Shown one piece after another: positions 12,861 to 26,332 of a stretch of 64,000 nucleotides of DNA. A model generated the notes under the pieces. That model saw nothing but the letters and a program-made list of their open reading frames with translations. It made no database searches and was not told where the DNA came from. Position 1 is the first letter of the stretch. Each line of letters opens with the position of its first letter. A program made the position numbers and the translations under genes. This DNA comes from Paragordius varius (taxonomy: Eukaryota; Animalia; Nematomorpha), in contig OZ176056.1 of assembly GCA_964247055.1 (NCBI GenBank), positions 8,060,001 through 8,124,000 on the forward strand, written 5' to 3'.

Positions 12861-14720
12861 TTAAACTTTAGAATATACATTTTAGGCCATTGGATGAATA
12901 ATAACAAGGAAAATGCGGTGAAAAAGTTTGAGAAGATGCATGCCCCTAAAAGGTTTAAAAATGTTTATTGTATTATGCCTAACATTATTTTTCTAGGATT
13001 AACTACTAAAAAAGATAATAGCGAATATTCTTTCGTGGATTGATTATATATATATATATATATATATATATAGCAAAAAATTCTGCAATAGTCTTATTAA
13101 TTATTAAAAAAAATATTTATAAACATATATCTATAATAAATTTTTTATTTATATAAAGCACCCAATACTGATATATTACCAAATATTTATGAATAAACAT
13201 ATATCTTTAAAAAACAAACGCCTCTAAAAAGACATACGCCCCACCCTCCTCTATATGTAAGCGATACATGGCCGATTTCAAATTCAAGAAATAAGTGATG
13301 GATATGGAAAAGCAAACATTCCCCAATAGCTCAGATTCAAACTAGGACGTATTTCAAATTCAACCTTTAAATATAATGCTCAGAACATCCAACGTTATCC
13401 ATAACAATGGATAAATAAAATCCCTTCCCCCCAAAGGCAACCGTTAGGTACCACTTTTAGGTGGCAAAAGACATTAAATAATGACAAGTGTAGCCACCAT
13501 TGGTTCCAACGCCTAGGAAGATCGGAAATATTACAGTCAGGTTTTATACGGAGACAATGATTAGCCATTACACACATGATAATACTACCATACCATATGG
13601 GCTATGAAAGTCTCAAATTCTTTCCCCATCTAAAATAATGGGCTAGTTCTCTTAAAATAAACGCAAAAATGTTCGTTAACAAATATTTATGATATTTACT
13701 ACATAATGGCATTAATTTTATTTTTATCAAAATTATGTAGTTTTTCATGCTATTACGCATGATAGAAACGGTATCGAAACTTTTCAAGACATTCTAAACA
13801 CAATTTTTCGTTTTAAAATGCAAAAATTCCTATCACATCAGAACCTTGATTAAAAAATCTTTCGCCTTCAAATTTGGGTGTTTCCTGAAAAAGCAAATAA
13901 TTAAAAAAATTATTAAGAAACCAACGCTTTTACAGAATTCATGGTGTAAAATTTTTGGAATAAAGCGTTTAACTACCTAAAAATTCTTTTGCCCGCTACT
14001 TTTCGATATGGACACGTTAGCACAAAAATTATTATTCTTTAATCACGAGAATCTACTTTTATCTCTTAGAATATTAGTATATCAAGATATTTTTTTGCTA
14101 CCACTGTCTTATTATGAGCTGTCACAGTAACGGTGTGGCTATAATCAATCAGAAAGAACCCACTCATCCATTACATCATGTTGTTAGTAATTACAAGTTA
14201 CAGGAGCCCCCTTTGATACGTAATAAGGTTTGAAGATAAAAACATTATTTTTTTTGTTTTTTCAAATTTATATAAAGAACAATATAAAATATAAAAATTG
14301 CACTGATATAGAATATAAAATGTATGGAATACATGAGAATATTGATGACAAAATTTGAAATATGAGTGTTACAAATGCTTACACTATATACAGTAATGAG
14401 CTATATTAGTCAAACATATCTTATATTGGTGAATACTGAAATACTTTTCCTATTTTCCAATTCAGATTGCTTTAACCAATAATATAGCTGTTCAATGTAT
14501 ATATTTAGATGAAATGTATCAAAAATGCATTAATTACAGATTTGAGTATTAAAAGAATTCATATATATATAGATATATATATGTATATATGTATATATAA
14601 TAGATATGGGTCATATAATAGAGAATTTTTGGAATATTATTCACTTTTTCAATACTTTTGGCGGATAAATGTCAATATTTACAGTTTTTTGAGTAAGTTT
14701 TTTTTGCATATTTTAGTTAG

Positions 14721-16386
14721 TTAAACTAAGATTGATTGTAATTCAATCATTCCGTCTATATAAATTTGCAATTTGGCCAATCGATTCACATAGGCATCAA
14801 GGATAAGGGCATCTCTAATTAACCTTTGACTCCGTGAGGCTAATGGAAAAGTGTAAAGATTAGAGAGCGTGGAAGGAGTTTGAAAAACTGTAAATTTTGA
14901 TGTTAAAGCTTCATAATCTCTTTGAATTTTTTGTTGTTGTTCAGGACAATCGTATAAAATTTGTAAAACTGAATATTTTAGCGTTTCATCTACCGTGGTT
15001 GTTTGATCCAATGAGTTTTTTGCGTAATTTTCCATGGGACTGATACTTATTGTTAAAGCTTGAAAAAGGATATGTAAATTGCAAAGAATCAATTTGTTTT
15101 GGATGCCTATATTTTGAAAAATTTTAGCATAATAACTGTCACCATTTTGATAATGGCCCGCATTGTTAAACCTAAGTAGCGTTTGATGTTGTGGACTATG
15201 ATTTCGAAATTCCAAGTCCATTAAACGGAATATTTCATCGAGTTTTTGGAACAGAGCTATCATTTGATATATGAAAGTGTGATGTTTCTATAAATGTATA
15301 AATAGGTAATTATTAGAAAATTTAAACACGATAATGCAGTAAAAATTGAAATTATACCGACAAAACGAAAAAACCATTAAGCATTTTAATGCTTGCTTAT
15401 TTTACACAATAATTGGGCAATTCGTATCACAGTAGTGTATGGAAAAAACAACAAAATATTAAAAAAATAACAAGGTATGTAAGAAAGGGAAAAATTGTTT
15501 ATTCAATATTTTGTTGTTTTTTCCGTACACTACTGTGTTGCGAATCGCCCATTTATAATCTGAAATAAGCAACCACTAAATTGCATACAGTAAAAAGTAA
15601 ATATTTTTAACGAAAGACAACCATACTTTTACCTAATTATTTCCCATATGAATTACTTAACAATCGTTAAATATGGAATTGATTGTTTAACAATCACTTA
15701 ACAACTTAAGATAATGATTTATATTAAAAAAATCAAGTCAAAAAGTATGGTTGCCCTTCGAAAAAAATAGTTGTCTGCAGTATATTGTTACGTTTTATCC
15801 GTATGATTTCAATTTTTCTGTATAAATATAAAGCACGCTTTACTCTTTTGATTTATTATTTATATATTTTAATACAAATTATATATATGCACAAGTACCA
15901 CACGCCAATTTTTTCATTTATCCATAATAATAGCAGGGTTTATATAACTGAAATCAGTATTTAAAACAATAATGAAGCCAAAGCCAAAATAGTTTACCCA
16001 AAAATCTTTGGAATTAATAAAAAAAACCGATTTTCGCATTTTTGATCAAATTTTAATTATTAAAACAATACACCATCAATTTGTATTTAAATTTTGCTAA
16101 TGCCGCCGACCCTTGCAAAAAAAAAATATTTTATGAGACGTTCAAAGTTTTCAATAAAATATATTTATACTTAGGTTAAGCTTAATAAAAACTGATTAAC
16201 GGTAAACTTGTTATTAGGTATAACCGAGTAAAAAATAAAAATTTTTATTCAAATGATATAAGATGAAATTAATAACGTGTTTCCGAATGTTTTGTTTAAA
16301 TTTCTTATACTTCTAAAAGATAAAAAAGAAAGAGATTTTAAAATTTACAGCTTCTTAGTTACCAAAGGCATTTTCGTTTCAAACAC

Positions 16387-16417
<31 letters not shown>

Positions 16418-17396
16418 TATGAAAAAAAAAATGTTTTTTTAGTGACAAAATATACCTCAGAAAAATTGTCCGAATTAACGCTAACGTTTGAATTTAACTG
16501 TCCACAAATGAATTTTTTAAGATCTGAATCCATAGATGAATGCAGCATTTCTTTATAAACGGGTAAAAGTAAGTCTTCTGATGCTACCTGTTAGATACAG
16601 TAAAATGGAAAAAATATTGAGACAAATTTTTTTTTCTAACAACAACCATACTTTTTTAAACCTTAATATATACATCCATATAATAAAATACAATCGAAAA
16701 ATACTTAATTGATTGCTTTACTTTATTTTATACTTGAATTTTAAAACAATGAGTTGGCTATAAAAAATCAAGATTTAAGGAGTATGGTTGTCTTTTAAAT
16801 AAAATATTTATCTTTATATTCTTACGTTTTGTCCGTATAATTTCAATTTTTACTGTAATGTCAAAATGTCATTTTTAAAAACTTAGTAAGATATCTTTTA
16901 AAAAAATACTACATCTTTATGTCAGTTTTAGGGGGAAAAAATAAGGAATTGTTAAAAATTTCATATACCATATTATCTAATAAGCTTTGAGTGGCTTGAC
17001 GACTAACACGTATTCTATCCCTCAATTTGGGTAACATATTTAGGGCAAATAATTTATTTTGATTATTATTTCTCCTAATATTTCTGTTAGTTTCTTGATC
17101 GGATTTCATTAATATGGCATCTTTTCCGAAATTTTTTAAGATAAAATTTGGACCACACATTTTTTGCACTTTTTCGAAATTTGGATGATTTGTTAAAGAA
17201 GTGATTTCTTTATATTCCATTTCATGCCTTTTCATACGATAAATTATTGAGGAGACGGTCTCATTATTTTTATTATAATTTTGATTGCTGCTATATTTTT
17301 GTGAAATTTCCACTGGAATTTTAAAGGTTTGCAGTTGACCCAAATTTGCGTTAATGATTAAAGCCATGAGAAATAGTATGAGATTGTTAAAGGATT
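14721..17396 (-). CDS. Putative secreted helical cytokine-like protein (at least 374 aa); first coding exon not located
   Basis: Phase-consistent exons 17396-16969, 16587-16456 and 15287-14721 (stop). Hydrophobic N-terminal stretch LILFLMALIINANLG; RNIRR furin-like site; C-terminal RLIRDALILDAYVNRL helix. The coding status is well supported, but the function is inference. Confidence 0.65.
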
Positions 17397-20049
17397 CTAT
17401 ATTCAGATAAAAATTGAAGTAAAAAAATTTTGATAAAAGAACTTAATATAAACATATAGATTTAGCTGTGAATATACTTGAAAAAATTGAATGATTTTCA
17501 ATAGAAAAGAAATTATTACGCATTTTCAAAATAATATTTCCAAAAATTTTAGAAATAATTATACTTAAAGCTCCAAATAATAATAAAATAAGAATGAACT
17601 ATACGTAAAAATACTTTATTCAGCCGTTTTTTAGGCTTAATTATTTTTTAGAGATTCTTAGATTTGCTCGCCCCCTTTTTTCTCACTAATAAAAACTGAT
17701 AAACATTACAATGTAAAAAATACGATTACATTAACTATTAATATTATTTCTATAGAAGAAAGATCAATCAGGTAACTCTGTTCTAGGAAACCAGATAAGC
17801 AAAAATTAATTGTACAATACGTAATTTACACAATTATAAGGATATACACAATTTAACATAGTGAATGATAACTCAAAAAAATATAAAAACATCCTTTTTC
17901 CGACTAAAATTAACTCTTAACTAATTAATTGTTACACTCGTTTTTTACTAATGTAAACAATAATAATATAAAGAAGAATAAGCTTAGGAAAAAAACTATC
18001 ATTTTTATCCGTAAACAAATATCAAATTTTTTTTAACATTAATTGATTTAATACCAAATCGGCCCAAGGTTTAGCCTTAGCCCCCCCGTGATATAAAAAG
18101 TGATTTAAAAAAAGTTTTAATACTTGGTTTAAGGGTAAAAGTCAGAATTGAACTTTTTAAATGATGTAATAAAAAGATAAAATTGGTAGAGAACAACATT
18201 GATTTGTAGGTCTTGAGCGGTTTTTGTAATAATCCAAAATATATATTTGGGATATATTATGATGTGAATTATATATAAAATAATTTTTTCCAGTCCTAAT
18301 TTTATTATTATATAGATAATGAAACAGGATTTGATCTGCATGTTAGGTTTTTTGTTTCAGTTAGGAGGGATGATACATTTTAGTTTCAAAAAAAATTAAT
18401 ATTATTAATTCAAACCTATAACTTTTTTTACTTATATTGGCCTCACGTAATTTATACATTTATTTTAATATTTTGTAATAATAATTTATATATTTAAATA
18501 TAGATATATAAATTTAACACCAGACAGCTTATTTTATGTGAAAAAAACCATTCATCAAAAAAGCATGACTCAAAAGCAAGCTATTTATTTTATCATTTCT
18601 TTAATATCCTTCCGGAGATGAAAACTAAAAAAGGTAGGAAACAAACGGTTGTCAAAACATATTTTAGGAAAAGCTTTTCGTGGGTGATTTTAAATTTAGC
18701 CCACCCGCTTAAAAAGACGCCCCAAAAATTCAAATTTTTATATGCACATAATACTTCTCTAAATCATTCCAAAACTATTAATCATAAAAAAAGAAAAAAA
18801 ATTGTGTGACTTAATTTATATATGTTACATTATTGCTTTCGGCCCTTTAATGTTCGTGTACCCATCGTGTTTCAAAAATAAAATCTCTGAAGCGATTTTC
18901 AAAGCGAATTACATATATAAAGGCTTTCTATATTAGATACTGAGGAGGGGGCTAACTTTATTTTTCTTTGAGTAAAAAAATAAACATGTTTAAATAAAAA
19001 GGGCTTGGCTTGTTTTATCTCATATAAGTATGTATAGTACAAATATTTAATATCAAAATGTTTCCGGCTTTTTGAGTATACTTTTGATCAAAAAATTTGG
19101 ATGTAGATTTGTAACATATTTTAATGAAAAAAATATCACATTGGTTTAAGAGCCTAAAAAATTTATCAATACATAAGGAAATATAATTAATTTTTCTTTT
19201 CACCGATAAAATGCCTCTAAAACCATTTATGTAGAGATGGCTCTTTACCAAGATATTACTTACATAATAAAATTTATTAATGATTTATAAATTAGTTATG
19301 CAAGGAATTTAAAAAATTTCACACACACAGGAAACTGTTATATTTTGAATAACATAATTAAATAGGTGTTTGTGGTTAATATTATAAAAGGAGATAAAAG
19401 TAAGTATATTATGAATCATCACAGAAGTCAATAAAAAAATATAGTTGTGGTACAAATTTTAAGGTTTTAAAATATTTTGTTGTTAAATATATAAATCAGA
19501 CTAACTTGAAACAATATATTGAATTCCGTTATGATGTCCACTTGTATTGAGAATTGGGATCAGTATTTCTGAAAGCATACACTCAAAAAAACTAATGAGG
19601 TGTTATAGAAAATGTTTAACTGTATCTTTTAATCAAATGAAATATGGAAAGCCGGTTTAATTGTTAAATATTTGAAATACCAGAGGAAAAATTATTAAAC
19701 TGTCTGAGATAATTTACATTTTTTTTTATAAAAAATTTAAAAATTAAAGGCTGCCTTTATTACTATATTTTAAGATAATAAAATGGATTATACGTGATGA
19801 TAACCTATGGTTTTGCTATAACTGAAACAATTCTTATATAGTTATTTAAATAACCAAATTTGGTCAAAAATTATGATGGTAAAATATGTAAGATTTTTAT
19901 TGGCTTTTTTCATATTCGGATAGTTTAGATCTAAAATATAATCCTATAAAGTCATAGCACGATGCATACTTTATATATATACATATCAGGTGTAGTCATA
20001 ATTTATCGGATTTCGGTAAAAAACATGTATTATGAGAAAATTTTACATA

Positions 20050-22420
20050 TTTTGCTCATCCCTCATGTTATATAAATGCCGCCAGAAAACTAATTGTTTT
20101 TTTGTAGGAAATCATTCGGGCTATTTTCCGACGTCTTCCAAATTATTGGAGTGCTAGTCTGCGAGAGTTGCCCCAATAGCGAAGTTTTATTAGTCACATG
20201 GCGCCGAAAAAAAATTTTATTGAAGCCATTTACAGGTTTTTTTCACTGGTTTTACTGTCCACGGAGCATAGTTATGTCGCAAAATCACTTAGTCCTGCCT
20301 TTTGTCTGATTTCGGTTTCGATCAATGTATAATTTATAGGACTCATTTAGGGATAGCGCTGGGTATTAATGATTTTATCGGCTTTTAAAAGTTTAGAATA
20401 CAGAGCTCCGGTCGCAACAGGCCTAGAGCGCTTCTGCATTGGTGTTAGACCGTCCTGGTAAGGTAAAAACCACCATTTTCTCACTTTGGATTATAAAAAG
20501 AAAGCATTTCTCATCACCCGTCACATTTCGATGCAAAAATGATTTATGACGTTGAAAGCAGGTTTCACGAATCTCTTTGCGATTTTTGATTTAACGTTCA
20601 TTCAAATTGTATGAGACCAATTTATCGAGTTGCTTGGTCTTTTTCATTGCTGGAAGACATCAATTGTTTGTTTTGTAGGGTATATGTAATTCCAATTATT
20701 ATCAATTTTGAGTTAAATGATAATCTAATAACCCTTGCACTTTAACGGTTATGATCCAGCAGGTCGCCCACCCTTTTTCACATCGAAATTCACAACTTAT
20801 AATATACCATTTCCCAGTCTAAATAAACGTTTTCCCAGTCAATCGAAACATTTCCCCAATCAATCGAAACGTTTTCCCAGTCGATCGAAACATTTTCCCA
20901 GTCAATTGAAACGTTTTCCCAGTCAATCGAAACATTTCCCCAATCAATCGAAACGTTTTCCCAGTCGATCGAAACATTTTCCCAGTCAATTGAAACGTTT
21001 TCCCAGTCAATCGAAACATATTCCCAGTCAATAAAAACATTTTTCCAATCAATAAAAACGTTTTCCCAGTAAATAAAAACGGTTTTATTTTTGATGATAA
21101 ATATCAAAACAAGAATATAAAAACAACTTTTAACCATTATTAGCGTAATAAAGATAATATTTTTTATAAAAACACAATTAATGAATGACAATTTTCCAAG
21201 TATTTTCCTGTGCACAATCATTAATGACTTATTCTTTAAAAGTTATATTTTTTGGAATTTGAGTTAAGATTATATTTTTTATTTTATCGATAGTTCGCAT
21301 TAATATTTGCGGAACGCTGCAAATAGTTTTTAAATATGTCCGGTTTGTCGATAAAAATACTGTCGGAAAAAATATCTAAACGAAAATATTTTTTGATAAA
21401 AATGTTTATGTAAAAATATTTAATAAAAAGGATATTTGACTAAAACAAGGGTATAACTAAATGCTCTCCCAGGCCTCATTTTTAAATCAAAAAGCACACG
21501 GTTCCCCATTAAATATATACAGGTATTCACATAATTTTTGGATTAATAAGACTGTATACAAACACAAAACAATTTTTTCAATTCATTTCTAATTTAATAG
21601 ATTCATCCATAATAATTGCATGAGAAATATTAATATTGCTAAGATTTTTTTGGCATATTTTTGCATATGGTTTTCCAAATTTTTTGCGGTCCGCACAAAG
21701 ATACTCGGAAGGCCGCCGTAGGCCCCCAACCAAATGTTAAATATTATTAAATTAGCGCATATGTTTAAGATCCAATACAAAGTGTTAAATTACCTTTGGA
21801 TAAAAATGGTATATTTTATAAATTTTATTAATTCCTCCGTAACTATAGATTTTTTAAGTTAGTCGCATATATTAATGCGAACCAACGATAAAATAAAAAA
21901 TATTATCTTAACTCAAACTCCAAAAATATAACATTTAGAGAATAAATCATTGACGATTGTGCACTGGAATATACTTGGAAAAATTGTCATTCAATAATTG
22001 TTTTCAATTAAAAATTATCTCCATATATTACTAATAATGGTTAAAAGTTGTATTTATATTCTTGTTTTGATATTTATCATCAAAAATAAAACCGTTTTTA
22101 TTGACTGGGAAAACGTTTTTATTGATTGGGGAAATGTTTTTATTGACTGGGAAAATGTTTCGATCGACTGGGAAAACGTTTCGATTGATTGGGAAAATGT
22201 TTCGATTGACTAGGAAAACGTTTCGATTGATTGGGGAAATGTTTCGATTGACTGGGAAAACGTTTATTTAGACTGGGAAATGGTATATTTCTAAACCATG
22301 TTTTACACGTGCTAATCGAGATATTATGTTCACCATATGTTTTTGCCAACAAAACTTTACGCATCTCTTTCTTTTAAAAGCAGTGCCTGCCTCAAATGTT
22401 GTCCAGTCCGACATAGTGAA
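20050..22420 (-). pseudogene. Mariner transposase pseudogene (stops, frameshifts, interrupted)
   Basis: QHLRQALL and KTYGEHNISISTCKTWFR (22420-22290), then NFDVKKGGRP, FLHRNVTGDEK, HNYAPW (HDNARPH-like) and APCD (APSDY-like) between 20800 and 20050. Confidence 0.9.
20805..22285. mobile_element. Long-TIR MITE family D, copy 1 (1481 bp)
   Basis: TA + TACCATTTCCCAGTCTAAATAAAC ... reverse complement + TA. Arms of about 500 bp contain 21-bp gaaaacgtttcgattgactgg arrays. The centre holds a decayed hAT-Charlie-like MITE (caaggg...gggccgca). Inserted in the mariner ORF. Confidence 0.92.
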
Positions 22421-22500
22421 TGATAAAATAAAGACTCTAGTTTTTAGTGAATTCAACTTGTGTGTTTGTCATTTGATCTTAGATAAATAATGGGGATGTA

Positions 22501-23924
22501 TACCATTTCCCAGTCTAAATAAACGTTTTCCCAATCAATCGAAACGTTTTCCCAGTCAATCGAAACGTTTTCCCAGTCAATCGAAACATTTTCCCAGTCA
22601 ATCGAAACATTTTCCCAGTCAATCGAAACGTTTTCCCAATCAATAGAAACATTTTCCCAGTCAATAAAAACATTTTCCCAATCAATAAAAACGTTTTCCC
22701 ACTCAATAAAAACGGTTTTATTTTTGATGATAAATATCAAAACAAGAATATAAAAACACCTTTTAACCATTATTAGCGTAATATTAGGATATAATTTTTT
22801 ATAAAAACACAATTATTGAATGACAATTTTTCCAAGTATATTCCTGTGCACAATCATTAATGATTTATTCTTTAAATGTTATATTTTTGGAATTTGAGTT
22901 AAGATAATATTTTTTATTTTATCGATAGTCCGCATTAATATTTGCGGAACGCTTCAGAATAGTTTTTAAATATCTCCGGTTTGTCGATAAATATACTGTC
23001 GGAAAAAAATCTTAACGAAAATTTTTTTGATAAAAATGTTTTTGAGCTAAAAATATTTAATAAAAAGGATATTTTACTAAAACAAGGGTGTCCAACTAAA
23101 TGTTTTCGCGGGCCGCATCTTTAACTCAAAAAGCACACGGTTTTCCATTCGAAATATATACGGGCATTCACATAATTTTATAAGACTGCAAAATACAAAC
23201 ACAATATAACAATTTTTTACCAATTTAATAGACCCATTCATAATAATACGTAAGAAATATGATTATTACTAAGATTTTGTGGGCATATTTTTGCATATGG
23301 TTTTCCAAATTTTTCGCGGGCCGCACAAAGATTATCAGAAGGCAGCGTTGGGCCTCCAATGAATCAAATTATAAATATTAAAAAAACTTGGCGTAAAGTT
23401 TATGTTTAGATCCAATATAAAGTGTTAAATGACTTTGTGATAAAAATGGTATATTTTTATAAATTTTATTATTTAATCCGTAAGTATAGATTTTATAAGT
23501 TAGCCGCATATATAAATGCGTCGATAAAATAAAAAATATTATCTTAACTCAAATTCCAAAAATATAATATTTAAAGAATAAATCATTAACGATTGTGCAC
23601 AGGAATATACTTGGAAAAATTGTCATTCAATAATTGTGTTTTTATAAAAAATTATATCCTAATATTACGCTAATAATGGTTAAAAGGTGTTTTTATATTC
23701 TTGTTTTGATATTTATCATCAAAAATAAAACCGTTTTTATTGAGTGGGAAAACGTTTTTATTGATTGGGAAAATGTTTTTATTGACTGGGAAAAGGTTTC
23801 TATTGACTGGGAAAATGTTTCGATTGACTGGGAAAACGTTTCGATTGACTGGGAAAACGTTTCGATTGATTGGGAAAATGTTTCGATTGACTGGGAAAAC
23901 GTTTATTTAGACTGGGAAATGGTA
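22501..23924. mobile_element. Long-TIR MITE family D, copy 2 (1424 bp)
   Basis: Same termini, 21-bp arrays and central remnant as copy 1. TA at 22499-22500 and 23925-23926. Inserted in the mariner 5' region. Confidence 0.92.
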
Positions 23925-24361
23925 TACGTTATTCATCTGCCTACACAGATATTCTCTCTTGGTTAAACCGATGATTAATTTTGAATACACCTGGTACGCT
24001 GTGACGTAGTCTCAACGCTAATTATTCTTAATAATTTGCAATAAATAGAGATAATGGAGATAAAATAATGTAAAACATATTAAATAAAAAAAATGTCTTT
24101 AATTATTCTTTTACAGGTTAGGCTCAAATATTGTTTACTCTAAATTGACCATATCTAAACTGTCCCTTATAAAAGATAATATTCAACTATCATTGGATTT
24201 AATTTAGGATTTTCGTTTTACAAAATTATGGTTAAAAGTTTTATTTTAAAATTGTGTTCACACAGCTGGGATCAAGGGATATAAAAGTAACTCATTTTCG
24301 GTCCTTTTTTAAAGGAAAGAATGATATACAAATTCGCCAGATATGTGTTTGACTGAACTCG

Positions 24362-26332
24362 TATGTCTTCTTAAGTTTTCTAATCAGCTACAAAACCACG
24401 CCATTTTTGTATGGCGTCTCAGTTCTAAACCGGTAGACCCCTATCCATAGACCTATATGGAAAAGCGCTGAGTTATATTCTTTGCCTTTATAGGGCAATT
24501 GGAATCATCTTTGATACCATTAACTCATAAGTTATTCGAAAAAATACCTTAACACTAAATAATCGTTATATGATGGCGTATTTTTAGAGGCAAAAAGGCC
24601 CAAAATTAACGGCTGATTAAAAAATGCCTGACCTTTTTTATCTAGTTACGGGTAATATTACCTTTTAATGAACACATATCGCTTCATAAATTTTCGGTAA
24701 ATTAGCTCCAAACCCAGGTTTGCCTTTATATGGGGAATATCTGGAATTAGAATTCATTCAATATTTTCTAAATAGTTTAAGCAAGAATAGCTTCATAAAA
24801 TAATAGTTCAATGATAGCACATTTTTTAGGGCGAAAAATGCCTATTTAACCGAAAAACCGCTCGACTTAAATTTTTTGCTTTTTACGGGTAATATTTTAG
24901 GCCCTTATGAAACTTATATAGCCTGATAAGTTTTCTGAAAATAAACTCCTAAACAACGCAATTTTGATGTGGTGGGGCTAGGGTTGTGCATTTGACTGCT
25001 TTTTCAAAAAACCGGTCACACCATGGTCATGACCGTGGTCATGACCACTTTACCTAAGTAAATACCATGCGATATTAGATTATGAAATTACTTCTGAATT
25101 TTCGAATCGCTTTTAATACTGGATATGTTAAATAAAATTTTTCCTGTTTCTTTTACACTTTCTTTGATCATTGAAATATCCAATTATAAAATGTTTTTTC
25201 ATTTTATTAGTTCACATACATGGAATAATTGAATATTTTATAAAAAGTTGGATTGTTTTCTTTTTCGAAATAACTGGATATGCTTAAATATGCAAGTTTA
25301 ACATTTTAAATTTTTAAATACGCAAATTTAAATATTTATATATTTTTTTTCTTCCAAAAAAAATTACCAGCAATTTTTCAAAAAACAGCTGAAATGACCA
25401 TGGTCTAAAAATAAACAGTCATTGACCTGGTCATGACCCGGTCAATTGACCGGGTCATGACTTGGTCAGCACAACCCTAGGTGGGGCAGTTTTAGGCGGG
25501 TAGCTCCCTACCCAGAGTCTGATACAAAAAGGGCGCTTGATTAAAATTTTTGCCTTTTTATGGGGAATACCATGAATCATGATTGATTCTATATGCTCTC
25601 ATTAGTTGTTGAAAAAATATCCTCAAAATTAAAAATCATTCTATGGTGGCGCATTTTTTAAGGCATGAAGGGCCTAATTAACGGCTATTTAAAAACCGCA
25701 CTATCCAAATTTTTGCGTTGTTACGGGTAACATTTTGCAGTTATTGAACTCATGTGGCTTGGTAGGTTTTCTGAAATTTAGCCCCAAAAGCAAGCTATTT
25801 CGATATGACGGGTCAGTTTTTGGTGAGTATCTCCCCCAACAGCTATCATCAAAGAAACGTTTGACTAATATTTTTGCCTTTTAACAGGGAATACCTAGAA
25901 TCTTTATTGAATTTTTACGGTCTCATACTTTGGGCGAAAATAGATTCAAAAAAATGATTTTTGTGGACTTAATTTTTTGAAAAAAATGGCATTTTACGGG
26001 GGGAGCGGGTAAAAAGAGGGCCTAAATTAAAAAAGCTAGCCGACTATGATCGGCGCAATCGATAATAAGTAAAAAGTATTTGAAATCGAATGGTCCAACA
26101 CGTTTTCGGGAAAATTTCTCAAAGACACGATTTTTGTAGACTTCTGTTTTAAAAAAACCGTTTATTACACGGGGTAGGCCCGTAACTGGGGACCTAATTC
26201 AAAAAAGGGCGAAGCTATTGTCGGGGCCTTCATCAATGATTATATATTATCGATATTTGGAATTGAATGGGTCTATCGGTTTTCCGGAAACAGATACAAA
26301 GCCACCACTTTCCATTTTTTTAAATATATAGA
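24362..26332 (-). mobile_element. Non-autonomous Helitron, long form, 3'-truncated, with a nested hAT MITE
   Basis: Reverse-complement homologue of 38626-40589. The 5' A|TCTATATATTT end is at 26332. Contains degenerate internal repeats of a few hundred bp. Confidence 0.8.
24979..25479. mobile_element. hAT-type MITE, 501 bp
   Basis: Perfect TIR TAGGGTTGTGC and perfect 8-bp TSD GGTGGGGC (24971-24978 and 25480-25487). Clustered GGTCATGACC subterminal palindromes. The empty site is visible in the 38-40 kb Helitron copy near 39460. Confidence 0.95.

Larger units (their letters stand above)
19986..23994 (-). mobile_element. Decayed Mos1-like (mauritiana-type) mariner, split by two family D insertions
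   Basis: TA-flanked TIRs TCAGGTGTA (19986) and CCAGGTGTA (reverse complement, ending 23994). About 1.1 kb remains after removing the insertions. Transposase remnants are on the minus strand. Confidence 0.92.

Noticed and set aside
20805-21060. CRISPR-like or iteron-like array
   Set aside because: Contiguous 21-bp units with no unique spacers, inside eukaryotic TIR elements, and no cas or rep genes.
20735-23966. Repetitive ORFs (IDWENVS, FPSQSKH, RLTGKTF) resembling repeat proteins
   Set aside because: They are by-products of the stop-poor 21-bp arrays in family D arms, open in several frames on both strands, with no splice or start context.
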